From the NCBI GenBank assembly GCA_963663965.2, contig CAXXFK010000020.1:1-64000 (forward strand): 64,000 nt of DNA. The letters run 5' to 3'. This DNA is from Sedimentisphaerales bacterium (GTDB taxonomy: Bacteria; Planctomycetota; Phycisphaerae; Sedimentisphaerales; SM23-30). This document shows, piece by piece, positions 48,681 to 58,278 of this stretch. A program made the translations under genes and the position numbers. A model generated the notes under the pieces. It searched no databases. It was not told the origin of the DNA and worked only from the letters and a program-made list of their open reading frames with translations. The stretch's first letter is position 1, and each line of letters opens with the position of its first letter.

Positions 48681-48732
48681 ACAAATTCACAATTTGTAAC
48701 TGTTATTATAATAAATTGGGTGAAATAGTCAA
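48681..48732 (-). promoter_or_regulatory. Sigma70-like promoter with downstream inverted repeat
   Basis: Minus strand TTGACT-16nt-TATAAT (48732-48705); ACAAATT-CAC-AATTTGT inverted repeat at 48681-48697 beside the predicted start site. Confidence 0.55.
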
Positions 48733-48848
48733 ATAATTTTATTTCCATATAATTGTCTGAACATGCCAGCATTAATGTGTAGCATTCCATACATAACTAC
48801 TATATCTACAATCCGTTAAGCATTACATCTTCACAAGTTGCCTTGATT

Positions 48849-49574
48849 TCATTCAAACGCCCAGAATCCGGCATTCAAGTCAAAATAGACCACATTAACA
48901 CCCTTTGTTTTTTCCTTCGTGGTAGTATTCGTACCCGAACGTTCTGTTCGCCCCCAATGCCAGTATGTCTTTTCCCGAAAGAAACCCACATTCTGTCCCT
49001 GCCCATCAGATCCAAGGTCCTGACGCCTCATACCACTGATATAGGGCCGCAGATTCCAATTATCAGACATCCAAATAGCGGTATTATGGCCAGAATATCT
49101 GCGCGGATCTTGTGATACCTTATCATTAATATTCACCCAGTAAGTATTGCCAAATTCGGTATCCTTTTTGTTCAAAGGGCAAAGATAAACCTCGCTATCA
49201 CGCGGAATAATCTTATAACGGTCCAAAACAGCCGCCAATCCGAAAACTTCCTCGTCTTCGCTATCTGGAGAGATCATACCCGGCAATACGCGATAACTGG
49301 AGCCGCCAACCGTATACCAATCGGGATAGGTATAGCGTCGGCTGCTGTCGGCAGCATATGCGGCACTGGCAATGCCAAGTTGTTTCAGATTGGACAGACA
49401 GACCGTATTTTTGGCCTGCTCGCGCGCGCGGCCAAGCGCCGGCATCAATATCGCGATCAATAATGCAATAATCGATATGACTACCAATAACTCAATCAAA
49501 GTAAACGCTTTTAATTGAGGAATTAATCGTATTTTTTCTCTCTCAATACACATTTCTCGATTCCAGGCAGCCAT
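48849..49574 (-). CDS. Second prepilin-type N-terminal cleavage/methylation protein (DUF1559-like)
   Basis: [33 protein letters not shown]...[11 protein letters not shown]-terminal H...GVNVVYFDL. Confidence 0.9.
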   Translation of the reverse strand: MAAWNREMCIEREKIRLIPQLKAFTLIELLVVISIIALLIAILMPALGRAREQAKNTVCLSNLKQLGIASAAYAADSSRRYTYPDWYTVGGSSYRVLPGMISPDSEDEEVFGLAAVLDRYKIIPRDSEVYLCPLNKKDTEFGNTYWVNINDKVSQDPRRYSGHNTAIWMSDNWNLRPYISGMRRQDLGSDGQGQNVGFFREKTYWHWGRTERSGTNTTTKEKTKGVNVVYFDLNAGFWAFE

Positions 49575-49594
49575 CAGACTCACCTATTAATTAT

Positions 49595-50950
49595 TCATGG
49601 TGTTATGATCCAATTCTCTTCACATTGGGGATCCTCTGGATCGTTACACCATAACCAGCCATCCACTACGATACGCATATCTTCCGCATCGATTTTGAAA
49701 TCGCCATTGAGATCCATCCGTAAATCAATGCCAGATAACCATTTCGTGCGGCACGAGGTATAATCTTCACATGCCATCCAACCCTGCGAGAGCACTTGGA
49801 CATCTCCCAGGCTGATCTGGCAATCTTCATTTAAATCACCTAAGACACCATAATGATATTGCCAGGCACCTGCACAATCCTTAGGGCTCGGCTCACTCAG
49901 GAGATCGGCCGCATAAATATCGGTACCCACCCGGCCAATTAAATTAAAAGTCAGCTTATCATTATAAATATTCAAAGCGTTGACATTATCTTCCCCTGCC
50001 ACACCATTAATGAGATCAGATCTGGAAACGACTACAGTAAAATTCGGATCAGCTAGATTATACCCTACAATCGAATCAAAATCAGCCCTGCGGTCATAAA
50101 AATAAAGATAATCATCCGGACCGCTGATGATATCATTATATTCAACAAAAGGATAAAATGAACTCGTGTTTTTACGAATAGTTAATTCATCAACTACCTG
50201 ACTCATCACTCCATTCGGATCTCGGCGATAAATCCCTCCAGTACCGGAACTTCCCTGATGGCTGCTGGTCCAGAATAAAACACCTGCACCATTATAAGTC
50301 ATACCTCCGGCAACATAATTCGTCATGGTTTTTCCATAAAGCTGAATAAAATCGTTCTTGCCAATCAACACACGAACAGAACAATCCTGTTCCATCAATA
50401 ACAAACTATCGCTGGTTTCCTCATAAAATGCAATTTGATGGGAGGGAGAAAACGCTGTAGGCGATAACAATCTGACATTAGATTCACCGGTTACTGCCGC
50501 TATGTCATTGGGATCGACAATTCGCTTAATCGCACCGGTAGTGGTATGAACCCGATAGATTGAATCGGTAGTCTGGTCAAGAAAGTATAACGAATCACCA
50601 ATTACACCAATACGATTGCCGGGTAAAATAGTGTTCGTTTCACTTGAATTTGTCAGATTTTTCCATTGGGAATTTGAAACCAGAATTATTGTATTCGGGT
50701 CATTATCAATCTGGTCGATCCGAATTACCCGCGATTCCCACTGGTCAGTAATATCACTTTCAATCCCCCTGATAATCGCATAACAACTCCCAAGATGAAA
50801 AGTATGCGTTGCAACAAGATCATATTGGGGTGATGTTAACAGATTTTCAGATTCGATCAGAACATCATATGATGCCTGAAGTTCTGTTCCTCCTATTCCT
50901 GATATTCCTATAACAAATATAATCGCATTCAACAAAGCCAATCGGTACAT
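49595..50950 (-). CDS. Secreted beta-propeller-like protein with dockerin-like tail, paralog of the PEP-CTERM protein
   Basis: Signal peptide; GDLNEDCQISLGD...MDLNGDFKIDAED...WLWCNDP; AGGAGG RBS. Confidence 0.87.
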   Translation of the reverse strand: MYRLALLNAIIFVIGISGIGGTELQASYDVLIESENLLTSPQYDLVATHTFHLGSCYAIIRGIESDITDQWESRVIRIDQIDNDPNTIILVSNSQWKNLTNSSETNTILPGNRIGVIGDSLYFLDQTTDSIYRVHTTTGAIKRIVDPNDIAAVTGESNVRLLSPTAFSPSHQIAFYEETSDSLLLMEQDCSVRVLIGKNDFIQLYGKTMTNYVAGGMTYNGAGVLFWTSSHQGSSGTGGIYRRDPNGVMSQVVDELTIRKNTSSFYPFVEYNDIISGPDDYLYFYDRRADFDSIVGYNLADPNFTVVVSRSDLINGVAGEDNVNALNIYNDKLTFNLIGRVGTDIYAADLLSEPSPKDCAGAWQYHYGVLGDLNEDCQISLGDVQVLSQGWMACEDYTSCRTKWLSGIDLRMDLNGDFKIDAEDMRIVVDGWLWCNDPEDPQCEENWIITP

Positions 50951-51305
50951 GACATTATCCCTCCTGCCAAGTTAAGGTTATAGGCTTTAAGCTATGCATA
51001 CTTATTTTAGTGATTTTAATATCTACTGTCAATTCTAATTAATAACCAACGCATTTTTAGCTGTTAATCAACAAATATTTCAACTGGTTTTAATATAAAA
51101 TACTCTTACTGGTCCTTATTTTATACAAAATTTGTATTCAGAACCAAATAACAATAAATAACGTTAACTCTTATCAAAAAAACAAGATAACAACATCGAT
51201 TTCCTTGAAGAATCCTTAAATTTAAAAATTGGAACAAATTTGTAAGTTTAAATGTATACTTCTTGTTGGGTATTAATATTTTAGGTCAATTAAGAAAATT
51301 TCTAA

Positions 51306-53069
51306 TTATCGGACATATTTAAGCATCACTAAACGCAAGTCAAAGACCTGATTACCTGGAATTTCCAAGGCTCTTAACATTAAATCTCCGATGCCCTTTT
51401 CCAGATGTATCAGCCCTGCTCTTACCGGTTTAAAATCTTTTACATAAGATTCTGTCCGCGGGGTCCGGTCTTGTTCAGCCCCAATAACAGGAGGTTCATG
51501 TGCCTGAGTTATCCGGCTATAAAGCTTATCACCGTTAAAACTCACTTCGAAAGTAGAACCGATATCTGCCGCCGGGCAGGTGTAATAGAGTTGAATTTCA
51601 TAATCCCCGGATTGCAGAACTTCGATGGGCCAGTGTATGGTATCTTCGATACGTTTCCAGTTGGTAAAGTAGGAACAATTGGGGTGAATACTGGATCGTT
51701 TGATTTCACCAGTGGCAATCGCGTCCCGGGCCGGTAACTGGGTCCATATAAAATCAGGATGGCCAACCGTAAACGGCCGGGCTTGACGATCCAGCTCAGC
51801 CAGAACCTCCTGACGCCAACGAACGACTTCTTGTTGTAAACGTTTGGCCACCTCCGGAAATTTATCATTAACGACCAGCTTCTGGCCGGAATCGGTCAGC
51901 ATGTCATATAAATTGCCATTTTGATCCAGCCGATATTGTTGTGTGCGAACACTGACACGGTCATTCCAATGCGAAAAAATCATCCGTTCAGGCCAGTTAT
52001 CGACAGTCCCTCTGAGCAAAGGCGCTAAAGACAGTCCATCCAACGGTTTATCGCCTATCAAATTGATTCCGGCCAGTTCTGTTAAGGTTGGTAACAGATC
52101 GATTGCGCCGGCAATTTGTTTGACACATTGGCCGGTGGAGATATGGCCCGGCCAGCGGATAATCATCGGTACCCGGACCCCGCCCTCATCGGTGGAGCCT
52201 TTACGTCCTTTCATACCACCGTTCCAGCGCCAGCCGTTGGGGCCATTATCGCTGAAATAGACAACAATGGTATTATCCGCAATTTTCCACCCATCCAGCT
52301 GGTCCAGGATGCGCCCTACATTCCAATCGATATTTTCACACATGGCCAGGGCCGCGCGGGTATGACCAATATCCTCCTTGCCGGGATCGCGATGGTGGTA
52401 ATTCAACTTTTTATTCGCAAACCGCTCCCAATAAGTATCCGGTACCTGCATGGGTGAATGGGGTATGCAATAAGGCAGATAAGCGAAAAACGGTTTGCCC
52501 GCTGTCAGTTGTGTATGCATAAAGGCCAGGGCCATGTCAGTAAAATCATCAGTAATATAACCATTCCCGGTAATCAGTTTGCCATTGTGCTCGAGCATCG
52601 GACTGAAATAATGACCCCAGTGGCCGGAACAAAATCCGTAATATTCATCAAAGCCACGCCCGTTAGGGTGATAGGGATATTGCATGCCATTATGCCATTT
52701 GCCAAAAGCGCCGGTGGCATATCCGGCGGCGCGAAAGGTATCGGCAATGGTGGTTTCATCCAAGTCCATACGTTCGCCACCGGTTGAAACATTGAAAACT
52801 CCGGTGCGAGGGTGATATCGTCCGGTTAAAAATTCCGCACGAGTTGGCGAACAAACCGGACAGACATAGAACCGGTCAAAAATGACCCCTTCGCGTGCCA
52901 GAGAGTCAATCCGGGGAGTATTCAGGTTGATATTGCCATTCATACTGAGATCGCCCCAGCCTTGATCATCTGCCAGAATGACAATTACATTGGGTTTTTG
53001 ATCAGACCAGGCCGTCACAGGAATGAAAAACAACCAAACCAAAATAAACCTGAAATAACTGTGAGACAT
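51306..53069 (-). CDS. Arylsulfatase-like formylglycine-dependent sulfatase
   Basis: [24 protein letters not shown] (CxPxR), GKWH, SDNG, EGGVRVP. Confidence 0.95.
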   Translation of the reverse strand: MSHSYFRFILVWLFFIPVTAWSDQKPNVIVILADDQGWGDLSMNGNINLNTPRIDSLAREGVIFDRFYVCPVCSPTRAEFLTGRYHPRTGVFNVSTGGERMDLDETTIADTFRAAGYATGAFGKWHNGMQYPYHPNGRGFDEYYGFCSGHWGHYFSPMLEHNGKLITGNGYITDDFTDMALAFMHTQLTAGKPFFAYLPYCIPHSPMQVPDTYWERFANKKLNYHHRDPGKEDIGHTRAALAMCENIDWNVGRILDQLDGWKIADNTIVVYFSDNGPNGWRWNGGMKGRKGSTDEGGVRVPMIIRWPGHISTGQCVKQIAGAIDLLPTLTELAGINLIGDKPLDGLSLAPLLRGTVDNWPERMIFSHWNDRVSVRTQQYRLDQNGNLYDMLTDSGQKLVVNDKFPEVAKRLQQEVVRWRQEVLAELDRQARPFTVGHPDFIWTQLPARDAIATGEIKRSSIHPNCSYFTNWKRIEDTIHWPIEVLQSGDYEIQLYYTCPAADIGSTFEVSFNGDKLYSRITQAHEPPVIGAEQDRTPRTESYVKDFKPVRAGLIHLEKGIGDLMLRALEIPGNQVFDLRLVMLKYVR

Positions 53070-53226
53070 AAACGATCCTTTCCTGTAAGCTTAATACCTG
53101 TTGGCACCTCGGAATGGAAAACGCAATTAAATGCCAGATATTTCGTTTTACTAATATCCATCTCATTTTAAGATTAACTATTATCTCAAATGACCTGTCA
53201 GTATTTTTACGCTCTGGAGTACTATT

Positions 53227-54771
53227 ATGATCGAAGCCAAGCAAACTCGTCGTAACTTTTTGAAAAATATAGGCTTAGTAGCCACAACCGTCCTTTTGCC
53301 TTCAACATTGAAAGCCGCCGAGAACCGACGGCCCAATGTGGTGTTGATCTATGCTGATGACTTAGGTTATGGCGATGTCAGCTGCTATGGAGCCACTGAA
53401 ATTAAAACGCCCAATATTGATAAACTGGCTGCAAGTGGATTGAAGTTCACTAACGCCCATGCTCCGTCGGCCACCTGTACGCCCTCGCGCTATGCCATGT
53501 TAACGGGTGAATATGCCTGGCGGAAAAGGGGAACCGGTGTGCTTCCGGGCTCAGCCGCCATGATTATCGAGCCCGGGCGGACCACCCTGCCTTCCATTCT
53601 AAAGAAGGCCGGCTATACGACCGGGGTGATCGGCAAATGGCATCTGGGCCTGGGTGACGGTAACGTCGACTGGAACAAAACCATCAAGCCCGGACCGAGT
53701 GAAATCGGATTCGATTACAGCTTCCTGATCCCCGCTACCGGTGATCGAGTACCGTGTGTCTACACGGAAAATGATCATGTGGTCGGACTTGATCCAGGCG
53801 ATCCGATTTCAGTCAGTTATGGTCAGAAAGTTGGCAATGAACCCACCGGCAAAGATAATCCTGAGCTACTCAAAATGCATCCCAGCCACGGTCATAACCA
53901 GACGATCGTCAATGGTATTAGTCGGATTGGATATATGACCGGCGGCAAATCCGCCCGTTGGGTTGACGAAGATATGGCTGACACCATCGTGGCTAAAGCC
54001 GAAGCGTTTATCGATCGAAATAAAAACATTCCTTTCTTCCTGTATTTTTCCACCCATGACATACACGTACCACGCGTCCCTCACCCTCGATTTGCCGGTA
54101 AGAGCGGCCTGGGGCCACGTGGTGATGCTATTTTGCAATTTGACTGGAGCGTAGGGCAGATTGTCAAAAAACTTGACGAGCTGAAACTAACAGACAAGAC
54201 ACTAATCATTCTAACCAGTGATAATGGTCCTGTCGTTGATGATGGCTATCAGGATCAAGCCGTTGAATTACTCGGAAACCATAAACCTTCAGGTCCCATG
54301 CGCGGCGGTAAATACAGTAATTTTGACGCCGGTACCCGGGTGCCATTTATTACCAGCTGGCCCGGCCATATTAAAGCGGGCGAAAGTCACGCCCTGGCCT
54401 GTCAGGTTGATTTCCCGGCCTCTTTGGCCGCCTGGATGGGTCAGAAACTGGCGGTTGACGACGCGCCGGACAGCTTTGACATCATGGACGCGCTCCTGGG
54501 GCAATCATTGCAAGGGCGTGATCATCTGATTGAACATGCCGGTTCACTCTCAATTATTAAAGGCGATTGGAAATATATCCAACCCAGCAAGGGAGCAAAA
54601 TATAACCGTTCAACAAATACTGAGCTGGGTAACGATCCTGAACCACAGCTTTTTAACCTGAAAACGGATATTGGCGAAAAAAACAACATTGCCGCACAGC
54701 ATCCCGAAAAGGTCCAGGAACTTGCCGAACTGCTGGAAAAAATTAAAGCCGCCGGCCGTTCCCGGCCTTAA
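53227..54771 (+). CDS. Tat-exported arylsulfatase-like formylglycine-dependent sulfatase
   Basis: TRRNFLK; RPNVVLIYADDLGYGD, CTPSRYAMLTG, GKWHLG, TSDNG. Confidence 0.95.
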   Translation: MIEAKQTRRNFLKNIGLVATTVLLPSTLKAAENRRPNVVLIYADDLGYGDVSCYGATEIKTPNIDKLAASGLKFTNAHAPSATCTPSRYAMLTGEYAWRKRGTGVLPGSAAMIIEPGRTTLPSILKKAGYTTGVIGKWHLGLGDGNVDWNKTIKPGPSEIGFDYSFLIPATGDRVPCVYTENDHVVGLDPGDPISVSYGQKVGNEPTGKDNPELLKMHPSHGHNQTIVNGISRIGYMTGGKSARWVDEDMADTIVAKAEAFIDRNKNIPFFLYFSTHDIHVPRVPHPRFAGKSGLGPRGDAILQFDWSVGQIVKKLDELKLTDKTLIILTSDNGPVVDDGYQDQAVELLGNHKPSGPMRGGKYSNFDAGTRVPFITSWPGHIKAGESHALACQVDFPASLAAWMGQKLAVDDAPDSFDIMDALLGQSLQGRDHLIEHAGSLSIIKGDWKYIQPSKGAKYNRSTNTELGNDPEPQLFNLKTDIGEKNNIAAQHPEKVQELAELLEKIKAAGRSRP

Positions 54772-54798
54772 ACGGCTTTATCACAATTATACTCATTT

Positions 54799-54829
54799 AA
54801 GCCCGGATCGTATGTACACCGGGCTTTTT
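54799..54829 (+). terminator. Intrinsic terminator between convergent genes
   Basis: AAGCCCGG...CCGGGCTT followed by TTT, immediately before the convergent GH78 stop. Confidence 0.65.
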
Positions 54830-57643
54830 CTATTGTTGGATAATCAGTTCATAGCGGCCCGATTGCAACTGACAGACCACTTGATTGTCTCCAGTTTGGA
54901 CTGAAACAATTCCAGGGATTTTATCCAATGACAAACGACTCTCGTGAACGACAGTTGCGGAAGGGACCGGCAGATACAGCAGGGCCTGGGCCTGAACTGG
55001 AATTTCCAGGGTTAAATAGATCGAATTATCTTTCCGGCGCCAATTACTCTCAATTGGCCCGCGTATGGACTGATAACGACATTGGACCCAATCAAGATCC
55101 TGAATGAATTGGGGACGAAATTCGATCTTATTAAATCCCACGGCGTCTCTGGCCGGTTGGATACCGCCCAGCCAGTTATAAAACCACTGACTGACAGAGC
55201 CAAACATGGGATGGTTGTGCGAATAGGTATTGTCGCTGTACTGCCAGTGTTCCCATAACGTTGTCGCGCCGTTTTCCAGCATATACCCCCAACCAGGAAA
55301 TTCTCGGCGGGTGGCCAGTTGCCAGGCCAGATCGGCCCGGCCCATCCGCGACAGCACATCCAGCATAAACTGGGTTCCAAAAATCCCGGTAGTCAGTTTA
55401 CCCTCATTGGTGGCGACCAGATCATTCACCAGATAGTCAAACGCCCTATCACGCCCGGCAACCGGAGCCATATCCAAATACAATGCAAACGATTGACTCG
55501 TCTGAGATCCTGGAGAGAATACGCCCGTCTCCGGTTTATTATATTTCTCCAGATACGCACTTTTAATCTGCTCAGCCAGATTCAGATATTCCACGCGATC
55601 TCTATCCTGACCTGAAATTTCGGCCAGGCTCGACATGATGCGAGCCGCCTCACTATACAACGGAGTGACCAGCATTGGCGGTTCGGCGCCCACGCGGGCT
55701 TCATGATCACTCAATCCGGTTGGGAAAATGCCATCTTTGGCCTGGTCCTGAACCAGTTTGAACCATCGTTTCGATGTGCCATACTGCCGTTCTATGATTC
55801 TCCAGTCGCCATAATACCGATACAATTGCGCCTGTAAAAGTGGATGGGCCATGGCCCAGGCCGGACCGCAATATTGGATCCCGATAAAGGGCGCAGTATC
55901 GGTCAGCATGCCATCCGGCCGCGCCGCGTCATGCCAGTCCCAGGCCGCTTTGGTGTAAAACTGGGCCATATCGAAATTAAGCATCATGGCATCGCTGGTT
56001 ACGACAATATCGCCGCCATAGCCCAGTCGCTCCCGATGCGGACAGTCTGACTGTACACTGATGAGATTATTACGAAATGTCCATTCGCACATGGTTTGAA
56101 TGCGATTGACCAGTTCGTTCGAACATTGAAACTGCCCAACCGGTTCAACGGCAGTATGCAAATGTTTACCCTGGATCATATCCAGCGTAACCGGACCGGT
56201 GTAACCGGTCATTTCGACATAGCGAAAACCATGAAAGGTAAATTGCGATTCGTAAGTTTCCAGTCCCCCACCGCGGGCAATATAGGTATCCGCCTGCCAG
56301 GCGACGGGCGGCGCTCCCGGGCCACCCGCGGGCAATTCCTTGCCATCCGGGCCTTTTCGCATCCCTTTTAACTGGCCGCAGACACTGGTCATCGGATTGA
56401 GAGTGCCGTCTTTATGCAGCAATTCGCCATAGCGTAACTGGATACGAGCACCTGGTTGAGCTTGCAGATTCAAACGAATCCATCCGGTAAAGTTCTGACC
56501 AAGATCAAAAATCGTCACACCCTCAGCGGGATGCAGAATCTGTTGAGCGTTAAGCGTTGCGCTAATACAGATCGGCGGTACCGGCCGGGCCTGTAATCGT
56601 CCCGCCGGCGGATCCACTGATACGGCCGATGACCAACCAGAGATATCGAATCCAGGCAGATCCCAGCCGGTCTGCTCACTCCGCGCGTCATAGACTTCTC
56701 CGAGATAGATATTATTCCTCAGAACAGGACCTTCTTTCATACGCCACCGGGTATCGCTCACGATTGTTTGTTTACTGCCATCGGTATATTCGATCGCCAG
56801 TTGAGCGATAAAGCGCGGGCGCCCCACCGCCAGATGTTCCCGCAGATTAAACCGTCCGAATAAACGCAATGGCAATGGATTATACCAACCGTTCCCCAAC
56901 GCGACCCCCAGGCAATGCTGACCGGGTTGCAAAGGGCCCTTCAAGTCGAAGCAACTGTAATAAATCCGTTTATCATAGGCTGTCCATGCCGGAGCCAGCG
57001 CCTGATCGCCTATTGGATTACCATCGAGCGTTGCCTTGTAATAACCCAATCCGGCAATATAGAGTCGCGCGCGACGCACTGGCTTTTTAATATCAAATTC
57101 CTGTCTGAATAATGGAGCCGGGTCATCCTGATAAAAATCCTCATCCCGTTCGGGATCAGATTTGCCATCGCCAATCCATTGACCGGTCCAATCTTTTGAA
57201 TTCAGCAATCCCATCTCCCACCAACCTGGCTCGCTCCAGGATGACAGATAACCATCCCTATCCCAAATCTGAACCTTCCAGTAATAACGACGCCCTGATT
57301 CCAGCGGACGGCCACCAAAAGACACTTGAATCGATTGATGACTGGATACCTTTTCAGTATCCCAGACCTCGCCCTGATCACGTTCAAGATCTGACCGGTT
57401 TTCCGCAACGAGAATTCGATATGCCGTCTGCCTCTGACCCCGCTCATCCGAATTAAGCTGCCAGCTTAGCCGGGGAGCGGCCTCATCGATTCCCAATGGA
57501 TTCTTCTGGTACTCACATTTTAAATTTTCTATCCGGATCGAAGATCGTTTGACTTCGCCGCCCATTAAAGTTGTTCCTGCCAGAGAGACGGCCAGGATCA
57601 TTATTAAAAACTTTGTTTTAAATTTTAACATTTTAACCGCCAT
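54830..57643 (-). CDS. Alpha-L-rhamnosidase, GH78
   Basis: LKCEY..NPLGID...PRLSW, FDLGQNFTG, FTFHGFRY, SDCPHRERLGYGGD, GATTLWE, SHNHPMFG. Start reassigned to MAVKML (57643), followed by a signal peptide. Confidence 0.93.
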   Translation of the reverse strand: MAVKMLKFKTKFLIMILAVSLAGTTLMGGEVKRSSIRIENLKCEYQKNPLGIDEAAPRLSWQLNSDERGQRQTAYRILVAENRSDLERDQGEVWDTEKVSSHQSIQVSFGGRPLESGRRYYWKVQIWDRDGYLSSWSEPGWWEMGLLNSKDWTGQWIGDGKSDPERDEDFYQDDPAPLFRQEFDIKKPVRRARLYIAGLGYYKATLDGNPIGDQALAPAWTAYDKRIYYSCFDLKGPLQPGQHCLGVALGNGWYNPLPLRLFGRFNLREHLAVGRPRFIAQLAIEYTDGSKQTIVSDTRWRMKEGPVLRNNIYLGEVYDARSEQTGWDLPGFDISGWSSAVSVDPPAGRLQARPVPPICISATLNAQQILHPAEGVTIFDLGQNFTGWIRLNLQAQPGARIQLRYGELLHKDGTLNPMTSVCGQLKGMRKGPDGKELPAGGPGAPPVAWQADTYIARGGGLETYESQFTFHGFRYVEMTGYTGPVTLDMIQGKHLHTAVEPVGQFQCSNELVNRIQTMCEWTFRNNLISVQSDCPHRERLGYGGDIVVTSDAMMLNFDMAQFYTKAAWDWHDAARPDGMLTDTAPFIGIQYCGPAWAMAHPLLQAQLYRYYGDWRIIERQYGTSKRWFKLVQDQAKDGIFPTGLSDHEARVGAEPPMLVTPLYSEAARIMSSLAEISGQDRDRVEYLNLAEQIKSAYLEKYNKPETGVFSPGSQTSQSFALYLDMAPVAGRDRAFDYLVNDLVATNEGKLTTGIFGTQFMLDVLSRMGRADLAWQLATRREFPGWGYMLENGATTLWEHWQYSDNTYSHNHPMFGSVSQWFYNWLGGIQPARDAVGFNKIEFRPQFIQDLDWVQCRYQSIRGPIESNWRRKDNSIYLTLEIPVQAQALLYLPVPSATVVHESRLSLDKIPGIVSVQTGDNQVVCQLQSGRYELIIQQ

Positions 57644-57660
57644 CAATTTTAACCTTTCTT

Positions 57661-57906
57661 TTATGAACCCGCCACTTTCGAAAACCAATAGGCTCCCACG
57701 CCTAATATCAGAAACAGGAATATATACATCGCGACTCCCATTAACATCCAGATCAAGGTGGCTCGCGCCCAATTGGTCTTGCTGGGCGGCGCGCCATCCC
57801 CAAACGCCCAGACGAACAACATAATTAGATTGATAACCGGAAGACACATTATGAACATTGTTGTCATCCAGTTGCTTACAGATACCGGCTCTTTTTTACG
57901 ACTCAT
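57661..57906 (-). CDS. Small membrane protein (81 aa)
   Basis: VSVSNWM..MFI..LPVINLIMLFVWAFG....SKTNWARA.LIW, two hydrophobic segments; GAGG RBS. Confidence 0.8.
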   Translation of the reverse strand: MSRKKEPVSVSNWMTTMFIMCLPVINLIMLFVWAFGDGAPPSKTNWARATLIWMLMGVAMYIFLFLILGVGAYWFSKVAGS

Positions 57907-58278
57907 TATTTAACCTCTGTTTCCTAGGTATCCAGATTCTTGTTCTAAGCAATAACGATCTCCAGTTTGATCATTTATCATGTAATTCCAAAATGATATC
58001 AGTCATATTAGTGAGAAAACGCAAAACTTGCCAATTTATTTACTTCTTTGTGTACACTATCTGGAACAGTTGGTTTCACAAAGGGAATCTCATTACCCAA
58101 AAAATTCGTAACTGCTTGATTACAGCATTCTTAAGTAATTTTTTTACGTTATACTATTATTCTTAGATTCTCTCAGAATGATATGACTGTCAATTATTCT
58201 CGTATATTCTGTTTGCTCAGATCAAATTGTTATGCTATACTACATTAGTTAATATATATACTGTTAAGGACCGAAGAC

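Noticed and set aside
42311..50950. Cellulosome or complete type IV pilus/T2SS
   Set aside because: No cohesin, secretin, assembly ATPase, platform protein or prepilin peptidase in the window.
57644..57847. N-terminal extension of the GH78 ORF
   Set aside because: Overlaps the credible 81-aa membrane gene; the signal peptide starts after ATG 57643.
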